64,000 nt of DNA, taken from NCBI GenBank assembly GCA_965277285.1, contig OZ255721.1, positions 3,680,001-3,744,000 of the forward strand. The letters run 5' to 3'. The stretch is from Abditibacteriaceae bacterium. GTDB taxonomy: Bacteria; Armatimonadota; Abditibacteriia; Abditibacteriales; Abditibacteriaceae. The translations under genes and the position numbers were made by a program. Shown piece by piece: positions 56,123-64,000 of the stretch (position 1 is the first letter of the stretch; each line of letters begins with the position of its first letter). The notes beneath the pieces are model-generated. The model was not told the origin of the DNA. It worked only from the letters and a program-made list of their open reading frames with translations, and did no database searches.

Positions 56123-57490
56123 ATGAACCGCTTTCGAGTACTCATTTCCCTCTTCGCCGCTTCCGCTGTAGCACTTTCTCCGTTGCAAGCGCGCGTACCT
56201 CGTTGGAAATCATCTGCGTGGAAACCGCCGGTCGCCGCCGTCGCGCCAATTCCGACAATTCCCATTTTGACGATTTTGCCGCCTGCCGCGCCGCGCTTCA
56301 AACCCTTGGCAGTTCCAGCGATTGTGCGTGCTCCGGCGTGGATTGTGGTCGATGTCGATTCGGGGCGCGTGCTCGAAAGTTTCAATCCGCACAAAAGGAT
56401 GTTTCCCGCTTCGACCACCAAAACCATGATGGCGTTGACGGCGCTGACTTACGGTCATTTGGACGATCTGGTGACAATCGGCCCCAATCCGCCCAAAACT
56501 GGCGAACAAAGCGCCAACTTGATGCAAGGCGAACATTTCATTTTGCGCGATTTGTTGCGCGCTGCCTTGATTAAATCGGCCAACGATGCGTGCGTCGCAG
56601 TCGCGGAAGGCGTGGCGGGAACGGTTCCCAATTTCGTCCGCCTGATGAACGCCAAGTCCAAGGAAATCGGCGCGCGCGATTCGCATTGGATGAATCCGCA
56701 CGGCTTGCACGATCCACAGCATTACACGACGCCGTATGACCTGGCGCAAATCGCGCGCGCCGATATGCGTTATGCTTTCTTCAACGACACCATCAAAACG
56801 CGCGTGACGAGCATTCACGGAAATTGGAAAATCGGGACCTATCGAGTACTCGAAAACAAGAATCGCCTGTTGTGGGAATGGCAGCAATGCGACGGCGTGA
56901 AAACCGGCTACACTCGACAGGCTGGGCGCTGCCTGGTCGCGTCCGCCACGCAAAACGTGCGCGATGCCGATGGCGCAGTTCGTCCCTGGCGCTTGATCGC
57001 GGTCGTGATGCACTCGCCCGACAGTTGGGGCGAAAGCGCCAATTTGCTGATCAATGCGTTCAAGAACTTCCGCCCGACATCGGTTGTAAAAGAAGATCAA
57101 ACCTTCGCGCCGATCGATGTGCAAAATGGCGCGGGACAAGTGCAGCCGATTGCGACGCGCGCCGTGGAAGTGCCTTTGAAGGCGGGCGAAAGCGTCTCGA
57201 ACAAGCTGCGTTTTTTGAAATTGCAGGCGCCGGTTCATCGCGGTCAGCGCGTCGGCGAACTCGAAGTGTGGAGCGGCTTGCACCCAATTGCGCGCGTGCC
57301 GCTGATGGCGCAAAGCGACGTTCCCGTTTCGGTTATCGCCAGCATCGTGCCCAATACGCCGCTGGCGCCATCCAACAAAACTTTATTGATCGGCGTGGCC
57401 GGAGTCGGCGCGCTCGGTCTGGCGCTGCTTCTGATGCGTCGAACCCGCGAATCCGCGAGGCCCAATCATGTCCAAAAAAGAACCCATTGA
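56123..57490 (+). CDS. D-alanyl-D-alanine carboxypeptidase (peptidase S11)
   Basis: PASTTK, SAND, NPHGL and KTGYT motifs; C-terminal TM. Confidence 0.92.
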   Translation: MNRFRVLISLFAASAVALSPLQARVPRWKSSAWKPPVAAVAPIPTIPILTILPPAAPRFKPLAVPAIVRAPAWIVVDVDSGRVLESFNPHKRMFPASTTKTMMALTALTYGHLDDLVTIGPNPPKTGEQSANLMQGEHFILRDLLRAALIKSANDACVAVAEGVAGTVPNFVRLMNAKSKEIGARDSHWMNPHGLHDPQHYTTPYDLAQIARADMRYAFFNDTIKTRVTSIHGNWKIGTYRVLENKNRLLWEWQQCDGVKTGYTRQAGRCLVASATQNVRDADGAVRPWRLIAVVMHSPDSWGESANLLINAFKNFRPTSVVKEDQTFAPIDVQNGAGQVQPIATRAVEVPLKAGESVSNKLRFLKLQAPVHRGQRVGELEVWSGLHPIARVPLMAQSDVPVSVIASIVPNTPLAPSNKTLLIGVAGVGALGLALLLMRRTRESARPNHVQKRTH

Positions 57491-59150
57491 AAACTCCGTT
57501 GAACCTTCCCTTGAACCGCAAACGACCGTTGAAAAAACGCGCCTTTCGCTCGCCGAAGCGCAAAAATTTCTGCATGAAGACGTTGAAATTGAACCTATCA
57601 CGGAAGCGGAACTTGATGAACCCGAAGACAGTTTCGAGTACTCGAATGACGATGCGGCTGACGAAACTTCAACGCCGGAACCTTCGCCAAACGCCGAACG
57701 CTTGCATAAATTGATCGCGCGCGCGGGAATTGCCAGCCGTCGCGGAGCCGAAGAAATCGTGGCGCAGGGTCGCGTCATGGTAAACGGAAAAGTCGTGACG
57801 GAGACCGGCAGCAAAGCCGATCCGTCGCGCGACCGCATCGTGGTCGATGGCCAGCCGTTGCACGTTCCAACCACGACAACTGTGGTCTTGATGAACAAAC
57901 CTTTGGGCGTCGTTTCGACCAAGAAAGACCCGGAAGGTCGCACCACCGTAACACATCTTTTGCCCGACAAGTACAAGACTTTGCACCCAATTGGACGGCT
58001 CGATTACGATACGTCAGGCGTTCTTTTCCTGACCGATGACGGCTCATTGACGCAACTTTTGACGCATCCTTCGCACGGCGTCGAGAAAGTTTATTGGGCG
58101 CGCGTTCGCGGAACCGTTTCGGTGCAAACCTTGAAGACTTTGGAAGCGGGTATTTATCTGCAAGACGGCAAAACGGCGCCGTGCAAAGCGCGCGTGCGGG
58201 CGCAAACCGAAAACAACGCGCTGGTGCAAATCACTTTACGCGAAGGCCGCAATCGTCAGGTGCGCAGAATGTTAGACGCCGTTGGTCATCAGGTGCGCGC
58301 GTTGCGTCGCGTTCGTGTGGCCAGTTTTGCGCTCGATGGTTTGCTGCCCGGCGAGTTTCGCGTACTGCTTCCTGGCGAAGTTCATGCTTTGCGCAAAGCT
58401 GCGGAAACCAAAGCGAAGTCGAAACCGGCGACCAAGCCTGTTCGTACAACCGCACGTCCTGAGAGCCGAAGCGACAGCAGAACCGAACCTACGACATCAA
58501 AACCGCTCGCCTCCTCGCGCGTTGCGCCAAAACGTGATGCGCCGAACGGTTTCAAAACTTCATCGCGCGAAATGGAACGTTCCACCGAACGTTTTGCCGA
58601 ACGTGCTGCAACCTCAAATCGTTCGGCTGCGCCCAATCGTTCAGTTGCGCCTCGCGCTTCGATGAACGAACGCGCGGCTTCGGGCGAGCGGTTTTCTTCG
58701 AGTGCGCTGACGCAGCGTTTGGCGCGACAAGAACGTTCTGAACAACGTTCCGAACGCGGACAACGCACTGAGCAAGCGCATCCTTTGGCGCGACGCGTGG
58801 CGCAAAGTTTTGATCAGGCGCCGCAACGTTCTGCGGAAAACTTCGCGTCTTCAGCCAAGGCGGGAAAACAGGCCAAGCCAACGCGCCCGCCCAAAGCTGC
58901 ACGCGTTTTCGCTGCAACGACGGCTCAGGCTGCAAAAGCCTCACGCATCGCGGCTGAAAAGCCAAGAACGTCGGCAAGATCTGCTGCGACTTCTAAATCG
59001 CCTGCGGCCAAACCATTTACGTCAAGCGCGAACGGAGCCAGGCCGAACACGTCTGCGCGCGCCAAACCTGCGCCTCAAGCCTCTCAATCGAAACCTGTGG
59101 CGCGTCGTGGCGACCGTCCATGGGGACAGAAAACGCGCAAGCGAGCTTAA
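57468..59150 (+). CDS. rluB: rRNA pseudouridine synthase (RluB/RsuA family) with a long basic tail
   Basis: ERLHKLIARAGIASRR S4 domain; GRLDYDTSG; EGRNRQVRRM. Confidence 0.85.
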   Translation: MSKKEPIENSVEPSLEPQTTVEKTRLSLAEAQKFLHEDVEIEPITEAELDEPEDSFEYSNDDAADETSTPEPSPNAERLHKLIARAGIASRRGAEEIVAQGRVMVNGKVVTETGSKADPSRDRIVVDGQPLHVPTTTTVVLMNKPLGVVSTKKDPEGRTTVTHLLPDKYKTLHPIGRLDYDTSGVLFLTDDGSLTQLLTHPSHGVEKVYWARVRGTVSVQTLKTLEAGIYLQDGKTAPCKARVRAQTENNALVQITLREGRNRQVRRMLDAVGHQVRALRRVRVASFALDGLLPGEFRVLLPGEVHALRKAAETKAKSKPATKPVRTTARPESRSDSRTEPTTSKPLASSRVAPKRDAPNGFKTSSREMERSTERFAERAATSNRSAAPNRSVAPRASMNERAASGERFSSSALTQRLARQERSEQRSERGQRTEQAHPLARRVAQSFDQAPQRSAENFASSAKAGKQAKPTRPPKAARVFAATTAQAAKASRIAAEKPRTSARSAATSKSPAAKPFTSSANGARPNTSARAKPAPQASQSKPVARRGDRPWGQKTRKRA

Positions 59151-59161
59151 CATTCGGGTTC

Positions 59162-59255
59162 GTAGGGGCGACCCTTGTGGTCGCCCTTGTCCTTTGCTGT
59201 GCCCAGAGTGCGGCGGTCATACGTGCCTTCGGGCGACCACAAGGGTCGCCCCTAC
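59162..59255. repeat. GTAG-type REP doublet
   Basis: GTAGGGGCGACCCTTGTGGTCGCCC / GGGCGACCACAAGGGTCGCCCCTAC. Confidence 0.85.
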
Positions 59256-59296
59256 CTGCAAATAAACGGTTTCGAGTACTCGATGTTATTTGAACT

Positions 59297-61027
59297 ATGA
59301 AAGTTTTCGCGTCCGCTCAACGTCGCCTGGCGCTTGGCGCTTTCCTGCTTGTGTTGCTGACCGGCGTGTGGCTTTTCTTGTGGAGAAAACCGCTGGGGCG
59401 CGACAATTGGTTCGTCACGCCGAGCGCGCATTTGTGGCCGCTCGATACGTGGTTGTTGCCCCTGGGAACGTTGCTGTTGTGCGGCGGTTTCGCGGCGATG
59501 TCAGCCTATGATCGCTTTCGTCGCGCCAAATCTCGACGCGAAGAAAAAACCTCGTTGCGCATGAGTTTGAGCGGCTTAGTTTTGCTCGCCGTCGTTTTAC
59601 CGTGGACACTATTGGGGCCGCGCAAGATTTCTGGTGTTTATCTGGTTTCCGCGACGTGGAGCGACATTTCCAATCAGTATTTTTCGACTGCGTATCGCAT
59701 CGAAAATGCGCGCGATTTTACGAAAAATTACGCATTGCAGCAGCAAGATTATGACATCGTAAAATCGCACGTTGCGACGCATCCGCCGGGCGCGGTTTTG
59801 TTTTATTACGGCGCGCTCAAGATTTACCAGAATATTCCTTTTGTTCATGCGGCGTTTTCAACGATTGCGCCCGGCATCACCGCTGCCAGCACACCAAGCG
59901 TAACGCAGACCATTCGCGGCCAGTTGGCGCGTTCTCACGCCAGCGATGCGAATGCGCGCCCGTTCCAAGATGACGCCGTAGGAAGTGCGATTTGGTGCGC
60001 CTTTTTGCTGTCGCTCAGCGTTGGCCTGACGGTTCCCGCCGTTTACAAACTCGCGGCAGGCGAATCGAGTACTCGAGATGGCGCTTCAACTAACGATGCA
60101 GTAGAGATTTCAGGAAACGAGGCGTTGTCTAAAGATGCGCTGGCAAAAGACGAAGAAAGAGCGCGCGAAAGTCGCGGTTTGCTGGGCGCCGCGTTGTTCG
60201 CTCTCGCGCCGACCACAATTTTGTTCACCTTCACATTAGATGCGCTGATGGCGTGCTTATTAGCTTGGTCGTTGGTCTTAATCGCGCGGCGCGTGACAAG
60301 TGGAACAAACGCTGGAATCGGTTCGGCGACTGCGAGCGGCGTTCTCATCGGCTTGGCGAGTTTTCTGTCGTTTGGCGCGCTGGCGATTTGGGGATTGTTG
60401 GTTTTCGCGCTGGCGATTGGTTTCGGGTGGCGCTCGTTTTTGACGACGCCGCAATTGGTTTTGACCGATTTGTTGAGCCGTCGCAAACCCGCTGTGCATC
60501 ACCCAATTTCCGATTTGTTCTGGATTGCCTTGGGATTCGTCGGAATATGGTTTGTCTTGTGCTTGATTTTTCCGATGCAGCCGCAGGCGATTTACAATCG
60601 AGCGATGCAAGCACATCACGCTGCAACGTTGACTTCGCGCAGTCACGCGGGTTGGGCGGTTTTGAACCTCGTTTTCTTTGCCTTATTTTGTGGCTGGGCG
60701 CTCACAATAACGGTATGGTGCGGCGCATGGATGCAACTTCGCAACTGGCGCGCGCATCAAATCCTCAACTGGAACGCAGCGCGCGTCTTGGGCGTTGCAA
60801 CTTTGCTGTTGTGCGTGGCGCTGTCGCTGTCGGGCAGCGTGCGCGGCGAAACCGAACGCTTGTGGTTTTTCCTGGTGCCGCCACTTTGTGCGTTCGCCGC
60901 GAACTCACCGGAAATCGAGTACTCGAATGCGGGAAAAGGCCGCTTCTTTCTGTTTTTAATCGGCCTGCAAACGTTGCAAACCTTGATGATGGCGGCAACT
61001 CTGGCGCCTTTAATTCGCGCTTATTAG
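59297..61027 (+). CDS. Polytopic membrane protein, GT-C-like
   Basis: HVATHPPG and ETERLW motifs; many TM helices. Confidence 0.6.
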   Translation: MKVFASAQRRLALGAFLLVLLTGVWLFLWRKPLGRDNWFVTPSAHLWPLDTWLLPLGTLLLCGGFAAMSAYDRFRRAKSRREEKTSLRMSLSGLVLLAVVLPWTLLGPRKISGVYLVSATWSDISNQYFSTAYRIENARDFTKNYALQQQDYDIVKSHVATHPPGAVLFYYGALKIYQNIPFVHAAFSTIAPGITAASTPSVTQTIRGQLARSHASDANARPFQDDAVGSAIWCAFLLSLSVGLTVPAVYKLAAGESSTRDGASTNDAVEISGNEALSKDALAKDEERARESRGLLGAALFALAPTTILFTFTLDALMACLLAWSLVLIARRVTSGTNAGIGSATASGVLIGLASFLSFGALAIWGLLVFALAIGFGWRSFLTTPQLVLTDLLSRRKPAVHHPISDLFWIALGFVGIWFVLCLIFPMQPQAIYNRAMQAHHAATLTSRSHAGWAVLNLVFFALFCGWALTITVWCGAWMQLRNWRAHQILNWNAARVLGVATLLLCVALSLSGSVRGETERLWFFLVPPLCAFAANSPEIEYSNAGKGRFFLFLIGLQTLQTLMMAATLAPLIRAY

Positions 61028-61029
61028 AC

Positions 61030-61932
61030 ATGAACATCACACTTTATAACGCCGCGCGCGAAGACGCTTTATGGCGCGACATGAATCATTTTGGTCGCTT
61101 CCTCGTTCGCGGAAAAGACGCCGCGCCATTGTTGCATCACCTGACGACCAACGACATCAAAGGCTTGAAAGTTGGACAAAGTTGCGAAGCTGCTCTCATC
61201 AACAGCAAAGCGCGAATGCTCGATTTGCTTTCGATTTTTCGCCGCGAAAACGATTTTCTGGTTGTCACTTCGCCCAATCGCCGCGAAATGTTCGCGCCGC
61301 ATTTGCGCGCTTTCGTTTTGTATCGGCAAGATGTAGAAATCGAAGATATTTCTGAACGCGGCGCGTTGTTCGGATTGTTCGGAGCGCAGCCAAATCGAGT
61401 ACTCGATAATGAAAACGCATCGTTTTTGGTCGCGCCGACAACACGTTTGCCGCTCAACGGCGTTCTGCTGGAAAGCGATGCGCGCGACGAATTGACGCAA
61501 TTTGTTCAACAAAGCGGCGTCAGTTTGTGCGACAACGAAACCTATAACGTTTTGCGCGTGGAGAGCGGCGTTCCCACGACCGGATTGGAATTGACCGAAG
61601 CTGTCAATCCTTGGGAAGCCGGTTTGAACGATACGATTTCGCTCAACAAAGGTTGCTACAACGGTCAGGAAATCGTGGCGCGCTTGAACACTTATCAGAA
61701 AGTGAAACGCAGTCTGCGCGGCCTGAAATTGTCGGGCGACGAAACGATTTCAATCAAGCTGAAAGCGGATGGAAAAGAAGCCGGTTTTATCAGCAGCCGC
61801 GTCGTTTCGCCACGTTTTGGCGCGATTGCTCTGGCGTATGTGCGCGGCGATTTCGTGGAAACAGAAACCCAGTTGCAAGTCGAAGATTCATCCCAAACTG
61901 CCGTTGTCTGCGACTTGCCGTTCACAAATTAG
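61030..61932 (+). CDS. ygfZ: YgfZ/GcvT-family folate-binding protein
   Basis: GKDAAPLLHHLTTNDI, LRVESG and KGCYNGQEIVAR motifs; ATG 61030 follows the upstream stop. Confidence 0.85.
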   Translation: MNITLYNAAREDALWRDMNHFGRFLVRGKDAAPLLHHLTTNDIKGLKVGQSCEAALINSKARMLDLLSIFRRENDFLVVTSPNRREMFAPHLRAFVLYRQDVEIEDISERGALFGLFGAQPNRVLDNENASFLVAPTTRLPLNGVLLESDARDELTQFVQQSGVSLCDNETYNVLRVESGVPTTGLELTEAVNPWEAGLNDTISLNKGCYNGQEIVARLNTYQKVKRSLRGLKLSGDETISIKLKADGKEAGFISSRVVSPRFGAIALAYVRGDFVETETQLQVEDSSQTAVVCDLPFTN

Positions 61933-61978
61933 TCACATTTCGAGTACTCAATTTCGGATTGTAAAGTTGAGGAGATTT

Positions 61979-62596
61979 ATGATGACGATTTCACGAATTG
62001 TGTATGAATTGACGACGAAGAAGACGTTGCTCGCGTTGGCTGCGGGCTTGTTGCTGACGACCGTTGGCGACGTAAATGTGGCAGCCGCGCGCAAGGCGTC
62101 AAGTGAAACGGCTTCAGGTGCGCGTTATGTTGCGCCCGATGGCAGCTACTCTTTTGTACCGCCGCTAGGCTTTCGTTTCAATGCACAACTCGCGGCAAAA
62201 ACCAAAATAAACCGTGTAAGCGGTGTGGACAAAACGGTAGACGGAGTGTGGGATGGCCCCAACGGTAGCCGTATAGCCTCGAGTTCCTATCCGGTGAAGA
62301 GAACTCCGGCGATGGACGCGAAGATGCTGGACAGCTCCAAAAAATCTTTCACGGACTTTTACCATGGCAAGATTCTTTTGGCGCGGTTGCTGGCGAAAGG
62401 CAAAGACCTTACGACAGTCGTGATCGGCCAATACGTTTTCCGTTCCGGCAACACCCCAATTCCCAGCCATGTCGTGGCCTTCGCTACAGCGCACGGGAAC
62501 AGGAGCTACGGTTTCGTCTGCGTCATGCGCAGCAGCGACTTCAAGCGCATTGGCGCGGAGTTCAACCAATCTATGGCAACGGTGCGTTTAAAGTAA
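61979..62596 (+). CDS. Hypothetical secreted protein
   Basis: GAGGAG RBS; signal peptide; YVAPDGSYSFVPP.GF. Confidence 0.5.
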   Translation: MMTISRIVYELTTKKTLLALAAGLLLTTVGDVNVAAARKASSETASGARYVAPDGSYSFVPPLGFRFNAQLAAKTKINRVSGVDKTVDGVWDGPNGSRIASSSYPVKRTPAMDAKMLDSSKKSFTDFYHGKILLARLLAKGKDLTTVVIGQYVFRSGNTPIPSHVVAFATAHGNRSYGFVCVMRSSDFKRIGAEFNQSMATVRLK

Positions 62597-62644
62597 ACAC
62601 GACATCAAAGAACTTGTTTCGCGTACTCGAAATCCTTACTGCTC

Positions 62645-63835
62645 ATGACGAACGATTTTTTCGATGCTGCTTTGACGCCCGAAAACGACAACGTGGCTTC
62701 GCGCGCGCAACGCTTGATCGCCGAACTCAAAGCGAAGAAAGAAGCCGAAGCTTCGCCACCTTTGCAAACAGCGGCGCCGCGCGCTCGTTCATCGCGTCCC
62801 GGAGCAAAGGCGCGCGACATGAACAAGCGGATTCGTGATCTGGTGCGCGAGCAAGAAAACGCGCTTTATACAACATCTGTAACAACGTCCGCCAAGTCAT
62901 CAGACCCGGAATCGAGTACTCGATCTGCGTCTTCATCAACTTCATCGTGGGAAGAAATTGCCGATGAAGTCGCGGTTTCGCAAGTTGGGCACACGCGTGG
63001 TTTGGCGACAGGCGCTATGCGAGGTGCTTCGGTTGGAAGTGCGAAAACAGAAGTTGCCGCGCCACGTTGGTTGGCTGAACCTGCGGCTCCACGCGCGATT
63101 TTGTGTCCACCTTTTGCGCCTGATATTCCTTTGCACCAAGCTCTCCAAGGTGAAGAAAAAAACTGCGAAGTTAATGGCGCGCATTATCTGGTTTCGCGCG
63201 CTGCCAGAGATTACGATGCAGCGTTCGCTGATTTATCGCAACGCTTGCATCAAGTACTCGAAAGCGAAAGTTTTCCGGTTCTTAGCGGCGCCAATGTCGA
63301 AGATTTGTTGTTCGTCGATATTGAAACGACTGGACTTTCGTCGTCCGTTCCACTCTTCCTGATCGGCGCTTTGCGCATGGACGGCGAACCGCGATTGGAC
63401 TTGTTCCTTGCGCGCGATTTGCCCGAAGAACGCGCGTTGCTGGCGGCATTTAATCAACTCGCAGAAGGGAAAACGTTGGTTACTTTCAACGGCAAATCGT
63501 TCGATTGGCCATATATCGAAGGTCGCAGCCGCGCGCATCGTTTAACGCCAGCGAAGCCGCATGCGCACTTCGATTTGCTACATCACGCGCGACGAAACTG
63601 GAAGCACAATTTGCCCGATTGCAAGTTGCAAACGCTCGAGCTTTATTTGTGTGGACGCACGCGCGTCGATGATGTCGCAGGCCGCGAAATCCCGCGCACT
63701 TACCACGAATTCGCGCGCACGCATGCCGAAAACCAGACCGGCGCGCACCTGATGTCGCCGATTTTACATCACAACGCGCTCGACATTTTGACGATGGCCG
63801 AACTCTTGTGCGTGATGACCGAGAAGCAAAAATGA
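62645..63835 (+). CDS. YprB-like RNase H-fold exonuclease domain protein
   Basis: FVDIETTGLS, VTFNGKSFDWP, HFDLLH and HNALDI motifs. Confidence 0.88.
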   Translation: MTNDFFDAALTPENDNVASRAQRLIAELKAKKEAEASPPLQTAAPRARSSRPGAKARDMNKRIRDLVREQENALYTTSVTTSAKSSDPESSTRSASSSTSSWEEIADEVAVSQVGHTRGLATGAMRGASVGSAKTEVAAPRWLAEPAAPRAILCPPFAPDIPLHQALQGEEKNCEVNGAHYLVSRAARDYDAAFADLSQRLHQVLESESFPVLSGANVEDLLFVDIETTGLSSSVPLFLIGALRMDGEPRLDLFLARDLPEERALLAAFNQLAEGKTLVTFNGKSFDWPYIEGRSRAHRLTPAKPHAHFDLLHHARRNWKHNLPDCKLQTLELYLCGRTRVDDVAGREIPRTYHEFARTHAENQTGAHLMSPILHHNALDILTMAELLCVMTEKQK

Positions 63836-64000
63836 CGCTTTCTTTTGATGACGTTTTAACCTCGCATAATCTGCAACTCAAGCGCACAAAAACGCGCGTT
63901 TTGCAACTCAACATCGGCAAAAAATGCAACCAGACCTGCGCGCATTGTCATGTCAATGCTGGGCCGAATCGCACCGAAGAAATGTCGCGCGAAACGATAA
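63832..64000 (+). CDS. Radical SAM protein, ArsS-like (partial)
   Basis: ATGA overlap with the previous gene; LQLNIGKKCNQTCAHCHVNAGPNRTEEM contains the CxxxCxxC motif. Confidence 0.8.
   Translation, partial: MTLSFDDVLTSHNLQLKRTKTRVLQLNIGKKCNQTCAHCHVNAGPNRTEEMSRETI

Larger units (their letters stand above)
692..63261. repeat. Dispersed highly iterated 12-bp palindrome TCGAGTACTCGA (49 perfect and 26 one-mismatch copies, manual count)
   Basis: Perfect copies start at 692, 3602, 5391, 8434, 9097, 10856, 13010, 14899, 16364, 19600, 20028, 21027, 21821, 23671, 25478, 26046, 27400, 29410, 30217, 31337, 32160, 33507, 34250, 35662, 36241, 38100, 39275, 39802, 41045, 41576, 42429, 44345, 44809, 45976, 47064, 48156, 49281, 50814, 53566, 54087, 55071, 55469, 56842, 57634, 59272, 60065, 60915, 61395 and 62912. 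Confidence 0.97.

Noticed and set aside
60253..61029. Long N-terminal extension of ygfZ in the ORF track
   Set aside because: It overlaps the membrane-protein gene in another frame; ATG 61030 follows that gene's stop and matches the normal family length.
692..63261. Palindrome as a cloning linker, adaptor or assembly artefact
   Set aside because: Copies keep reading frames, encode canonical residues in conserved motifs (e.g. RVLDVGCG), and come with a graded set of natural-looking variants. Read-level confirmation is still advisable.
692..63261. Palindrome copies as a CRISPR array or integron attC cassette array
   Set aside because: The repeat is only 12 bp, spacing is 0.4-3 kb, most copies lie inside housekeeping genes, and no cas or integrase gene is seen.
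1..64000. rRNA, tRNA, riboswitch or transposase genes
   Set aside because: None recognised by eye; a covariance-model scan (tRNAscan-SE, Rfam) would be needed to exclude small RNAs.

Overview
GC-rich bacterial chromosome segment made up mostly of housekeeping genes: kdsC, an lptC/lptA/lptB-like cluster, pepA, map, RNase Z, nusB, accB/accC, htrA, ruvC, a uvrC-like nuclease, a D,D-carboxypeptidase, rluB, ygfZ and the start of an arsS-like radical SAM gene. Gene content (H-X9-DG proteins, DUF3084 next to lptB and yqgF) suggests an Armatimonadota/Abditibacteriota-like diderm; this is inference only. The strongest unexplained signal is a 12-bp palindrome, TCGAGTACTCGA. By manual reading I count 49 perfect copies and 26 one-mismatch copies, against about 0.004 perfect copies expected by chance in 64 kb. 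It occurs between genes and inside conserved genes in all three frames (as SSTR, RVL[DE], xEYSx), is spaced more evenly than random, and has a biased variant spectrum. It behaves like a highly iterated palindrome (HIP1-like) or a chromosome-organising or uptake signal, and I do not recognise this motif. At least four families of REP/MITE-like inverted repeats are also present, including nested composites that carry the palindrome. Other points of interest: a DUF4062-STAND plus RCK/RyR gene pair, a Cys/His-rich RGPP-ending ORF heading a putative metal operon, a stand-alone PilT N-domain, tandem paralogue arrays and a nonsense-interrupted FlaR-like gene. I recognised no rRNA, tRNA, CRISPR array or transposase. 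All counts and coordinates were read by eye and need computational confirmation.
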